64,000 nt of DNA from Paragordius varius (taxonomy: Eukaryota; Animalia; Nematomorpha). Below, one piece after another: positions 1-13,131 of the stretch. The stretch covers positions 10,292,001 through 10,356,000 of the forward strand of contig OZ176054.1 of the NCBI GenBank assembly GCA_964247055.1, written 5' to 3'. The notes under the pieces are model-generated. The model had not been told where the DNA came from, searched no databases, and saw only the letters and a program-made list of their open reading frames with translations. The translations under genes and the position numbers were made by a program. The number at the start of each line of letters is the position of its first letter. The stretch's first letter is position 1.

Positions 1-15
1 ATAATCTCAATAATT

Positions 16-2244
16 ATGGAACAATTAAAATTTGTCACTCCGTTTTTATTATGCAAATATTATTTGAATATCATGTGATATTACAGGGAAGATCAATTTT
101 TTATTTCTTTGACTAAAAGTGCAGCCATCGGTGAAGAATAAATACCATAGTTTTTTACAATCATACAGACATTTAATAATATAATTATTTATATTTAAAA
201 CAGGAATTTCACGACGACCTTCTCACATAGGTATAAATTTATTATTTATGCTTAATTATAATATTTTAAAATTCGGTAAGTTATATATATATATATATAT
301 ACACTGTATGAAAAAAAGAGGGTTAATTATTTAACAAAAAATTTTTTTTATGAGATAGCTTATGACCAGCGAATTCCTTTTCCGCAATTTTTATTTGTTG
401 ACGACCCTTTTGAAATATTGAAAGAAAATCGAAATCGGGCAAAAAGTGAAAATTAATGATATGAGATATTATGGTTTAATATCATTTTATGAGACATTTT
501 CAATATATAAATAACCTAAAATCATATAGTTAGGGTTTCTATAAAATTTCAGCTCAAAAGATAGTTTTTTTTACTGAATAAAATATGAATGTTAAGATTT
601 TAATAGTGAGTGTAGCTAGTAAATAATTATAAAAAATATTAATATAGTTTTTTAAAAAAAATTGTCTTTTAAATGTGTTAAAACGCCATCTGTTGAGCAC
701 ATATTATATAGAAACCCTAATTATATGATAGGCTATCTATATATTGAAAATATCTCCTTAAATTATAATAAACCATAATATCTCAACTTTTCATCATTTT
801 TTGAATTATCCTTAATTTTCACTTTTTGCCCGATTTCGATTTTCTCTCAATATTTCAAAAATTAGGTTGAAAACAAATAAAAATTTTCACTGCAAATGAA
901 TAGTCTGGTCATAAGCTACCTCATGAAAAAAAATTATTTGGTTAAAAATTTTTTGCTATCAGATTATATGTATTTCAACGAGTTATATTTTGTGGACACT
1001 GTGTATAGCAATCATTGGTTTAGTTTTTAACTAAAGGTAAATTTTGTTGGTGATTTTTTTTCTCAAAAAACATTTTGCCGAAAATTAAGATTGGGTGATA
1101 CTTAGCATAATTCCCTTAGACTTGTGTTATTGTATTTAGTAAATACAGCTAAAACCGATATTATTAGCTATAGAGGTATTTATTTAAAGAATAATAATGT
1201 TTTTTAAGCACAAATATCGAAAAGAGTAGCATAGCGAGCTATTGCGGCGCCCGGTGATACTGACTTTATCTTTCAGTTAATTTTGTCAAAAAAATAAACA
1301 ACTTGAGTTAAAGTATAAAAAAAATATTATTTCAGCAAAAATAATGACGCACGGGGCATAAGTATACCCCTTCATCCCACAACCTGGCGAAAAAATATAA
1401 TTTACATAAAAAGCATTTCTCACTAACTCACTGTATCGTCAACCTCTTAATAAATATTTGTTATACATATACACTTCTAAAATTGAGGGTAAAAAAATCT
1501 GATGAAATATATATATTGATAGAAAAATATAATTCAGGATTATCATTATGCTTTTAGTTTTGGCTCTTACGAGTGATATACGAAAGTTTGCACTTATGTC
1601 GTAAGTGATTCTTTATATTACAAAATGGCAAATTTAGATCATTTTGTTAAATAAATTTTGTTGAAAGTTAAATGCTTCATTTCAACAAAATCATTAAATA
1701 TATAAATCATATATAAAAAGTAAAACAAAATTTTATAGAATATGTTTAAGGTGTAAGCCCCTTACCCAATTTTTTTGCTTTCCTATGGGTAGTAGTCCTA
1801 TAAAAAATTTAATTTTTAGCAAAATATTGAAAGCGTACTTTATACTAGCGGCATGATAAAATCGTTATACAAATGTTATAAGATAATATAAAAAAAGTTT
1901 TCATATAATTCGATAATGCTAAACATTTCTATCACATCAGTATTTAAATTATAATATTTATTCATCTTTAAATTTATGTTAAATATAAAATATCATTTAT
2001 GAAAAAATTATTAATTAAAGGCAATTATATACCATTTCATCATGCATCAACATAATATGAAGTAAGCTGCATTTTTTTATAAAAAATTTTATTTGATGTC
2101 AAAATTATAAAATTTAAAATTTTTAACGCGCAATCTCGGCATTTTAGTGTTTTAATTTAAGATTACTAATCCACAGAACGAAAAAATTAGTACTTTGAGC
2201 CCAAATCTAAAAATTCAAATCTTATATTAATTTTATTTTGCTTT

Positions 2245-2294
<50 letters not shown>

Positions 2295-5200
2295 TATGAT
2301 AGATTTTGGTGATTGATGAATAAAGATTTTAGCTTTCATCAAAAAATTTTTATTTAACAAAATAGGTGCAATTGCCATTTTTTGATATAAAGCACTTACC
2401 ACAAAAGTATTAATAACCTCCTTACACTCGTAGGGGTCACAACACACTCTCAATTGGTTACATTTATCTATCAGATATATGTTTCAAGATATTTCTTTTA
2501 TAGACACTATGTATTTAATACATTATTATGATTACAATAGAAGATATTGTTGAGGAAAACCCTCCATTATGGGACTTCGAGGAGGAAATCGAGGAGGAAA
2601 TCGGTAATTACTTTATTATATATAGTTTTTATACCCAATAATTTCTTATGTTTCATACGATAGTTTTGCTTTAAGGTGCTTCAAATTACTTTTTGTTTCC
2701 AAAAATTAGATAATTTTTGAAGTTATCATGCAAACTTTTTGCTGCTAATTTTCTAATTTATCGGCAGCATGTTAATTATAAATTAATATTTTAATTTAGG
2801 TATTTTAATGCTTAATAATCATATTTTAACAAAAGTTAATTATGATAATATAGTATCCTAGTAATAGTATATTAGGGAAAAAATAGGCTTTTTTTATAAA
2901 AAGATTAAGTAGTAATATATCTATATACATATATATTTAGACAGATAGACTAATTTAATATTTTTTTTCTTTTTTTGGATGTAACATCTTTGATTTTTTT
3001 GGATCACGCTCATAATTATAAAGTTTTGTCATCTATATATTTATAAATATAATAGATATCGAAGATGCTGAGGTTGCAGATATAATGTGGGATAATGTCC
3101 TTGTTATGCTAGAAGAATATAGTCCTCCTATGCCTCGTCCCTCCTCTCCTATACCCGAATTAGACGAGTCACTTGATAGTCCGCCTGCTGAATGGAGTAT
3201 TTATTAATGATTTTTATTTTTTTCTATTTACGGTGTTTGGATAATGCACATATTTTGGGTTTTTTCATGAGATTATATCTAAGAAAACAAACAAATGCCA
3301 TATAGTATATAATTTGCAAAAACGAAAGCGCCAAACACCCAACTATTAGTATTAAATTTAATGTAATTATATAAAAATAACGTAATGTAACTCCAATAAT
3401 TATTTTTTTTATAAAAACGTTTTTGAGGTTCTTTTAATTATGACTTATTTAAATTCCTGCAAAAGTTAAATTACAAATTGAAGCTTAAACTATCTTAATG
3501 AGTCGTTGAGCTTCGAAATCGGCCATATGAATAAGCCAAACGAGCCAAATGAATACTGATAAAAAACCAGCTTAACACTTATTAAAAAGAATTTTTACTC
3601 CTTAAATTATATTCAGTTTTTTTTTTTCAATCTTATAAACATTGAGTCTTGCTCACATATATATGGTCCACTCGTTCTGGCTTACTCATCGAAATGCCTT
3701 GCACAATCCTTATTTACATTAAACTTAGATATTATCTTCAAGCAATATTTTGATATTATATACATATATATATATATAATATATTTAACTCTAAACGACC
3801 ATCATTGGGAGCCAAATTATAGTCATAATCGTTTTTTGAGATTGCGGGACAGAATCTTGATATTATGTTACCAAATATGAAACTCAACACTTCATTACAT
3901 TTTTGAGTAGTTAAAGAATATTTAAAAAAGCTGGTTTTTTAGGTGCCTACAGAAAATTTTTTTATAAAAAATAAAATAATCTATTAATATACGTTGTCTT
4001 AAGCTTAAGTAGCTAAAAAACAGTTAAAACATATTTTGTAAAGTAATAAAATTTAGTTTTAAAATACGCTAAGTTCTATTTTATTCATTTTTTTAATATT
4101 AATTTTAAACTGTTTGTTAAATAATTATGGTTAAAAGAAAAATTCAAAAGTACTTAGATATCAGATCTGTACTAACTCGTATTCATTTAAAATTATAAAT
4201 ATATCCTTAAATTGCGCTCATTTGATTTTATGGAACTATGATAAAATTTAATCTAAAATACTAGCATTTGATAACTTTCTAAAAAGCTGAGTGTTGCATA
4301 TGAGGAAAAAACCAAGAAACTGATATTAAGCAGTCGGTCTTTTTATGAATTGTTATATAAAACGTTTATTTATGTATTAGATAGCGTTAACTTTGCAACT
4401 CAATAGAAAAGAGTAAATTTTTTAATATGGTTAAATAAGATTCGATTATATGGGAAAAGCGCCTAAAATGTAACAGATTCTTGAAACAAAATTAAATTAT
4501 AAATTTTAATATGTAAATGGGGTCATCCGTTTTGTTTTAGAATGCTTAGTGTTTGCATAATAGCTTTTAAGCTTTGTGTATTTAAAATGTGATTAACCCG
4601 TTCGGTACCTTACATAAAAAATTATATATTTTCAAATCTTAGTTTTATAAATTCAAGGGCCTTTTTTACATTGAAGATGTAAATTGAATTTTGAATCTTA
4701 TTTAAACACCAAGAAGCATTTAAATTACCATTTTCTATTAATGGAAACCCTAAACCATTTTGATTATTAGATATCAGGACTTTATTTGTGTGTAACTCCA
4801 CCCCATATAATAAACCTCTGGCTGCATTATAATTCTAAATTTGGCACACTATGACATATATACGATTTTAATATTTAAACATTGTTTTCCGCAGTTAATT
4901 AATTAATCATACAGCAAAATATTTAATATTTTATTTGTAAAATTAAATTCTCCTAATTTATAATATATTTATAATTACTTTTAGATCAAGTCAATGAAAA
5001 CGAAGGTAAATTTTTATTGTTAATGGAGACAATCTATAAAAAATAAATAATTTGATTATAATTAATAGAATAGTTATTTGCTATCGATATAAAATAATAT
5101 ATTTTTATCAATGTAAATATAAAATTATCGAGTTTAGAGATATCTTTTTCCTTGTTTTATTATCAAACTTGGACTACCATTATTCATATTTAAATTTTTA

Positions 5201-7970
5201 AAAAATTTTTGCTTATGTCTTATAAGTGGGTAATAGTTTGTTATTGATTTGATGTGACCAAAATCCCCAATGATTATTTTACTTATTTAATGCCAAAAAT
5301 CACACCTTGCAATTTCTTATATATTATTTATATAGAAATTATGAATGCTGAAAATCCGAACGGTATTAAAATAAAAATAATGTAAAGCGGAACTTGAAGC
5401 ATGGTTGGATGATGTATCAAGTATATTTCATTCATATTTAATTTTCAACTTTAAGGCATTTCATCTGACGACTTTAACGCAGGTATATAATTACGTTGGA
5501 ATTTAATATTTTTATAATTTATCAATCCTAATCTATTTTTATTAATTAAAATAACTATTAACTAATATGTAAAAATCACTTTGCGTATAATTCATTAACT
5601 CCTTGAAAAGGATACGACTGAAGGACTGTAGAAATTTGTAGTTAGGAGTTATTATCGGCATCATGACCCTTTTTATCAGATAAACTAAAATTAAGTTTTT
5701 TAATTTATTCAATTAAATAATATCGCAAAATGATCAATTACTTCATCTTTTTTGTATGAGGAATCTATAATACCCACAAACTAGTAATTTTCTGGGAAGG
5801 TATACTCCACAAATTAGCATTTAATTTTTAAGTCGGAAAAATCCAGTATAAGCTTAAGCTAGTTATTTTATAGGCACTGGTTATAAAAAGCTCTACTGTA
5901 GGTACACTATATATATATATCCATTATTTATTGCAATTCACCATTTAGCTGTTGAAGGACTAACATCTGGTAGATAATTATCGCTATTTTTGACTCTGCA
6001 ATATATTTATTTGGGCATACTAACAATAAACAAATTATTTATAATATGGTTAAACAATAAATAAATAATCTAAAAAACTATAAATACAATTCTCTCTTTT
6101 AGGATTAGTAATAATATAGAAAAAAGAGGTTTAAAATTTCAAGTTATTTAAATCCGTTTAAATTATATTGGGAATTAGTTTGAAAGCCATAGGTTACATG
6201 TTATATATTCTTTAAAATGTTGTTGAAATTGATGTTAAAAGATTTGCAGAACATGCCTGATGTTTTAAACAATGAAGATACCGTGGAAGCAGATAGTTTG
6301 ATTCCAGAAGAACAGCCTGGTATAATTTACACTATAATTTTAGGACCATCTAACTCGAATCAAGATAGACCACTTTTTGGGGATACCTCTTCAGATGAGG
6401 AGCCTAGGGAAAAAAGAAGTAATACTTTCATAAATTAATCTAGAAACATTCAGTGGTCTACAATTGATAAAAATATATTTAAAATTAATCTATAATATCT
6501 CTATCAATGTTGTAAATAAACTGGAATATTAAGATTTAATTAACTAATGTTAACCAACAATGTCTGATTTATCCCGTATTTTAATCCGATTGCAATACTT
6601 TAAAAGATTTTTTTACAAATTGTGCAAAATATTTTACGGACTAATTTTCCTATACATTAGTTAAACTCTCGGATAAACAACCCAATGAAAACGTTCCTAA
6701 GGAAGAAGGTATAGATAAATCAACTGATTTCTCTCAACATAAATAACCTATCAAATAACTGTTACATTTATGAAATAGATCATAAACAGGGATCAAATAA
6801 GAATGAGGATAGGAATATTAATCCACCAAGGCCCGGTAATAAAATTTATATCTAAATTTTTATGGTTTACATATAAATTTTGAATAATTTGCTGTTCTAT
6901 ATATAAAGATAGAAATAATGGTAGAAGTGATGGTGGAAGTAATCGTAGAAAAACTAGATTAGATGGTAGAAATACAAGTAATGTACTTTAAGAGATTTGA
7001 CCCTTTAACATTTTTTATCAAGCTACTCAATAACGAGTGTATAAATATACTTTTTCTTCCATGTTTTGCCGTCGTAGGCGTCTTTAAAATCAATTTTTCG
7101 TTCCTTTAAATCTTTTGTGATAGTTTTGTACGTTTTAAAAGGATGACCTAATAGACCTCATGAATCTAATAATGCTCTTATTCAAAATATATCATCATAT
7201 CTTCGCTCAATGCGTCCTAACCAGCTTTTTTGGTTTGGATTGTATGATTAATTGAATATATTTGAAAGATGGTGTGGGCATGAAATTATTATTGAAATTG
7301 TACCCTTAAATTATATCTAACTGCCTTTCAAAAAAATAAATTTATGCATAACCGGTAAATATATCTTTAAAAAGTTTTTTATAATGTCATTAGACTGGAA
7401 CTGCCCTCAAGAGCAGCGACTAATCTTTAATCAAATATTATATTAATTTATTTAGTGCCAAAATCTCTCCCCGAAATTCCAACTGCTCTACAAGGTTCCC
7501 TTTTAGGAGCCATAAGTGGTAAAATAATTATATTATTTGTTTCTTTTGAATTCAAATAAAAAACATATATTTTGAAATATAGCAGAAACAGCTATAGGTA
7601 TGACCTAAAATTATTTTTATAAAATTAATATCTATTATAATTTGTATTTATTAATATTTTATAGTTGGAAAAGGTAGTAGTTTGCATTGTGTTTTTAACA
7701 ATTTTTTATATATTAACCAAACATACATATAGGCGGAATCTTGGCTGGAGGTTTGATTTTTATTGATATAATTTTAATTATTTAGGCATTTTAGCGACCA
7801 CAATTGGAGGTATCTGAAATAGTAAAATTTAAGGTGTAATTGGAGGCCTAGTTGGATCAAAAGGATTATCTTTCTCAAGTGAGGAATTATGTTTGTAGCT
7901 TTAATATTAATTATATTTATATTTGTAATTTATAAAATTTCAATTAAAATAACGCTCAGCCTATATGTAA
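16..7970 (+). CDS. Predicted micro-exon gene: acidic/low-complexity orphan protein with C-terminal glycine-zipper (GxxxG) hydrophobic segment; could be two genes
   Basis: Chain of AG..GT-bounded, stop-free exons; those from 204 onward are phase 1-1 with lengths divisible by 3: 16-41, 87-130, 204-230, 2541-2603, 3056-3196, 4985-5005, 5336-5362, 5388-5420, 5456-5482, 5949-5969, 6242-6319, 6344-6418, 6444-6452, 6661-6708, 6779-6835, 6909-6977, 7456-7518, 7583-7597, 7665-7673, 7733-7750, 7786-7809, 7834-7878, 7960-7970 (TAA). The C-terminus reads ...ALQGSLLGAISAETAIVGKGGILAGGILATTIGGVIGGLVGSKGLSFSTYM*. Exons are GC-richer than their flanks. The 5' exons are least certain; 2528-2603 plus 3056-3207 could alternatively be a separate 75-aa gene. 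Confidence 0.6.
325..950. mobile_element. Non-autonomous inverted-repeat (MITE/foldback-like) element
   Basis: Arms ~325-547 and ~702-950 are reverse complements, e.g. TTTTTTATGAGATAGCTTATGACCAG vs CTGGTCATAAGCTACCTCATGAAAAAA, and GAAAATCGAAATCGGGCAAAAAGTGAAAATTAA vs TTAATTTTCACTTTTTGCCCGATTTCGATTTTC. Confidence 0.75.
1636..2365. mobile_element. Degenerate inverted-repeat element related to 16090-17225
   Basis: 1636-1710 is the imperfect reverse complement of ~2295-2365. The motif GCAATCTCGGCATTTT(A/T)GTGTTTTAA at ~2130 recurs at ~17025. Confidence 0.55.
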
Positions 7971-8229
7971 AACCCCGTCCTCGTTCCTAACCAATTTTTA
8001 ATAATGCGTTTTAAATAAATAGTTGATTAACATTCAAAAGTGGTTAATAGACCGTTTTTTATTAAATATTGATTTGATAGAAAAACATTATTTTGTATGC
8101 GTGTAATATGACTTAAGCATTACACCTATCTAAAATAAGCTTCTTCTTTTGCTTTAGTTTGCCCATGTATAATTGGTTTTTTATAACACAAAATTTTTTA
8201 CGATAAGCATTTCCAACTATATAATTGCT

Positions 8230-8232
<3 letters not shown>

Positions 8233-8286
<54 letters not shown>
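8233..8286. repeat. (TA)n microsatellite, one of many (also ~2247-2291, 11252-11295, 13099-13128, 29143-29173, 31036-31092, 40706-40738, 57252-57284)
   Basis: Directly visible perfect TA runs. They generate the spurious YIYIYI ORFs in the ORF track. Confidence 0.95.
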
Positions 8287-8288
<2 letters not shown>

Positions 8289-9350
8289 CTATAAAGGTCA
8301 TTTTTATCAAACACAACATTTTCCACACAAACGCAACATTTTTTATTCAAACGCACAATTTAAAAAATATATTTTAATTTAAATACAAAACTTTGAAGTT
8401 AACTCATATAAAGAGAGTATATAAAATATTGAATGGGTAAAAAATAGAAATATAAAATGCCTAAATTTTTATTGTCCTATTATGTGATGGTTCTCTAGAG
8501 GAACAATGCTAAACTAAAATAATTTTTTTGGACCCTTTGCCAATAATAACCTATGTATATCAGGTTGGTCCTTAGTTATTCCTTCCATTTCAATAATGTA
8601 TTGAATGATTTAAGTTAATTTTTGACCATTTTTCAAGTTGATCTTTAAATGCCTTAAGTTAGTCTTTAAACATTTTGATATTTATATATTTAAAATTTAT
8701 TTTTTTATATATTTATTTTAACCATTTTAACGTTATTTTTTTCATTCGAAAACATTTCCATATTTTTTATTTTTTTTTCGTAACAATATTGCAATGAATA
8801 AATAACCCAGTTAATGTTTATAACTATAATAATAATTAATATAAAAATAAATAGGACTAAAAATATAAAGGTTATCAGTTTTCTTGAACAAATATATCTC
8901 AGTTAATGACATAAGGTAAAATAAAAGAATGCATAGTTTTGGGCGAAATTAAAATTTTACACCAATGGAAATGTTTAAGAGACTTGCAATGTTAAGGGAA
9001 GAACTCGAAGTGCAAATATTTCGAAAGTTTTCAAAAAATGATTTTTAATCCGTAATTCCTATAAAAAACCATCAGATATTAAGACAATAGAAAATCGAAG
9101 ATTCATCATTTTTACGCATTCAACGCTGAAATCACCTAAAAGCTTATTAACGTTAATTTAAAAATGTTATATTTAAATATGTGCGTTTGAAGGAAATTGT
9201 CGTTAATTAAAATGTTTCTTATTTAAAAAATATTGCGTGAATAAAAAAATGTTGTTGTATTTGGTAATAATGTTGGCGCTTGATTGAAAGGTGTTTGAAT
9301 AAATATAGCGATGATTAAAAAAAATACCGACTAATGTTATTTTTGTGCAG

Positions 9351-11246
9351 ATACCAACCAAAATGTATCAATTTCTAACACAGAAAGTACGTTTTTATCA
9401 TGCATTTTGTCTAATTAAATTGTCTTTATGAGCCAAAACTAATTTTCTTTTTGCCTGTATGTAGCAACTAATAATGGTAAAATTTATATTAAAATCTCCT
9501 AGGCACTAGTTTTATTATAGAAGTTCCCGTAAACTCAGCCCTCCAAACAGGTAAAACTTTTCATGTAACTTAATATGTTTATAGGTACGACAGTAGAGCC
9601 ATATAACGGTAAAATATTATGTGATGAAAAATAGATACTGAAGAAAATATATATTATTCTGATTCCAACGTAACATCAACCATCATCTCACAAAGTGATG
9701 ATTGCCTTTCGATCAAAATTGATGTACCCAATACAGGTTAATGCCATTGATATTTAATGGCTTAATTTCAAATAAATACACTTTATGAAATTGCTTTCAT
9801 AAAGATCCCATATAATTTTCATAATAACTCAGGATAATTGGTTCTTTTTGAAACCAAATATATATATATACCAGAAATTATTAATTCTTACCCAAAAATA
9901 TTAATATCCAGTACATTCTGTGAAATATTTTCGCATTACTTATATATATTTTCTAAATTAAACTTATAGTATTATACTACTTTTAATCATTTTAAACGCA
10001 TTTCTATTTTGGAAGATTTTCAAATGATAATTTATTAATTACCCCTATAATAATTATATAGTGTTGAAGCAAAGTAATTGCTTTAATGGAAAATCATCAA
10101 TTTACGGGATTAAGAGTTATGATATGTGGATGGAAGATGGGGAAAATGGAACAAAATTTATAATTGATTATGAGTTGTCGCGATTATCTGAAAAAAATGG
10201 TTGGGTCGTTTTCAACATGGACGGTTTGAAAAGAGTGACAAAAGTGAATTATGCGGTATGCAGATATTTTATAATATAATATGTTTTATTATAAAAACTA
10301 CTGCTTTATCTAACATATAAATAAAGAAAGCTTTATAAGGCATTTGTTTCTTTGGTTTTTACAAGTGTCGTTTAATAAGAAAGTTTGATTTTAAAATTTA
10401 TTATATAAGAATTGGTTGTGTATTGATTTTATTAGTTATGAGATATGAATATAATAATAAATAGCAGAGATAGTCCCCTTAAAAATACACCCCATTGTCA
10501 TTTACTATTATTAAAAAAAATTTTTAGAGTTACCCAATCTAATATGTTTCCTAGAAACTTGTGTAATTATTGTTTTTGAATATCGAATAGAATGTCACCA
10601 GATTTGTCGTAGAAAATATGGAGCCCGGAGATTACTCAATACAGTTACAAACAGCATATGGCCGAGAAAGGAACATATCTCGTCCAATAGAGACATCTTT
10701 TTACTGTAAGCCAATTATTTTTATAATTACAGTAGAGTATGGTTAAAAACAAATTATACAATTTTTTTTCTATACATTAACATTATTTTTGTTTATTTTA
10801 TTAAGGGCTACCTTTTTTTACCACACAATAAACTAAATTTAATTTACCTTACTAGTCATTTATTTGAACCATTTTATCTATACTCTTCCTAAAATAGCCA
10901 ACATTAAATTATATTTTTGTGATATCTATATTCCAAAAAAACCATTGTATTAAATTTGATTTCTTATGTAGCACCTTAAGCCACACATTTTTAAAATGGG
11001 CTAAGGTCCTTAAAATAAACGAAAGAGAGCCAAGGTTGCTGAAAAAATCAAATACAAATATATAAAATAGTGTGTGTTATTAATAATTTTAGCAAGCTTT
11101 TGTTGAGACGTTCTCAGGGTTATTTTGAAGAATCTGGAAATGGATTAATAAAATATTATACAAAACTTATTTTAAGTAATTCATTGTTGACGATAATATT
11201 TTCAGTTTTAATAATATAAGTCGCACCAATTTCTGTAAATTTTCTG

Positions 11247-11296
<50 letters not shown>

Positions 11297-13094
11297 TAAA
11301 GTGGAATTCAATAGCTATTATTCGAATTCTGTCGCATATACAACTTCGGGATTGAATTAAAGGACCTATGTTTATGTTATATAAGGTGTTAAAAATAAAA
11401 TGCACATCATAATGGCTCATATAGCCAATATAAAATGTCACTAAAATTATATAAATTATTGCTTGATAAGTTTAAAAAATTACGTAGACGATAAGCAAAA
11501 GGCCGGACAGATGTTTTACTATTTCATACAGCTACATCGGTGCAGATGATATTATACAAGCTATATCGACCCTACATCAAACTAAGATAAAAACTGCTTT
11601 TCGCTCAAGAATTTCAAAATATTTTTAGCATATACTAAGGTTTCACAATGGGCTCTATTCACTTCGTTCTGACTTCCAAATATTGATATATCATTTCATT
11701 TACAAATCAAGATCCTATTATAAAAAACAAGGATTTCACAACGCTAAATACTGTAAACTCTTTAACATACATTGGCTGCGTAATTGAGAGGGGCATATGA
11801 AACGAAATAATACCAATCCAACCAAGCTTGGAAAAATACTAATCTATAAAACAAATCCTAAATTTTAAAGTTATAAGCCATAGCTTATGTCAGGAAAATA
11901 TGAGGATTTTTGAAAACGCGGTAGATTTAAAACCCGTTGGGTTTTTTAGAAAAGAAACCAAGCTAACAATGGAAGATTTGTTATCCCTCACTTAACGTAC
12001 GAACTAGTGAATATACACTTACAAAATAGCGACAAATCGACTTCGATCTATAATATAACAACAAAACCAAATCCAAACACCGCAGCGATACGGCCAGCCC
12101 TTACGCATAATTCAAATTGGGTATTGATTGAAATAAAAAGATTTTCACTAACCGAAGATAGAATCGTTAACCCAAACAAATACAATTTAATAATAATTTT
12201 AATCCACCAGCCATCTTATATATAGATCCAATTGATCATAATATTCGAACTAAACGATTTGTCATGGGTCAAATTAAACGAAGATACGGCGAAAATAAGT
12301 GGAAAAACGAAATACTATTAATCAGGTCTAAAAGCTGCACCACCCATCCCCACAGAAAATGGCAGAAAATATAGAGGACCGGGAAAAGTGAAACATTTAA
12401 ATTGAGACCTCTCTGGTCTATAGAAAAAAAAATATATCAACATTTATTTAATGATGACTTTATACCGTCTATCATACTATAAAATATTTTATTTTGAAAA
12501 GTAAATAATTTTTATTCATAAATAAATGAGATTTATCATTAATCCATCAAAATTAGGACCTAACCCATTTTAACTGGCCTCAAATATGTGAAACCTTAAT
12601 CAACTATAAAAAAAATAATTTAAAATTAGAGAAATATATTATTAATCATTTGGTATAAAATATTCAAGAATACTAAGTTAAATTCGCATTTTGACTTTAA
12701 GTAATTACAATTATGATATCTTATCTTTCCAAAATACAGTAACGAGAACTATTAATGGTAGTTTCTGCGTTTTAAATGGCTAAGAGGGTTTGAAATTTAT
12801 ATTTTTTACTAGATATTTCATTAATAAAATTATTGTTAACATCGCATTTCATTGCAAACAGGCACCACAATTTTAATGTAATTAATATAACTAAAAGCAA
12901 AAACATGTAAATGGAATTTTAACTATTCCAAATACTAAAATGACCATTAACAGTTTTCGTTACTGTAATATCCAAAATAGTGATAATTCATTTCATCCTA
13001 TAATTTTTAAATTATTTCAGTGTATATTTTTTGAGTCCATACTCTGTGTTATGGACAAATAATAAGGGAAAGGTCAAAATCATTTAGGGAATTT

Positions 13095-13131
<37 letters not shown>

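Noticed and set aside
1209-1253. Nuclear TAG reassignment, suggested by this 45-nt phase-1 exon-like segment with an in-frame TAG and by the protease TAG
   Set aside because: About 1670 conserved DMGDH and USP7 codons contain no in-frame stop. Two cases are better explained by chance, decay or splicing; a 15-nt sub-exon 1239-1253 avoids the TAG.
2187-2453. ORF-track proteins containing YIYIYI runs (also 8113-8382, 11208-11441, 29085-29324)
   Set aside because: They are translations of (TA)n microsatellites and MITE sequence, with no splice or homology support.
6320-6343. Near-identity of this 24-nt intron with the USP7 22-nt intron (51068-51089), hinting at an Introner-like element
   Set aside because: Both are very short and almost all A/T. 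The other mini-introns do not share the sequence and there is no target duplication.
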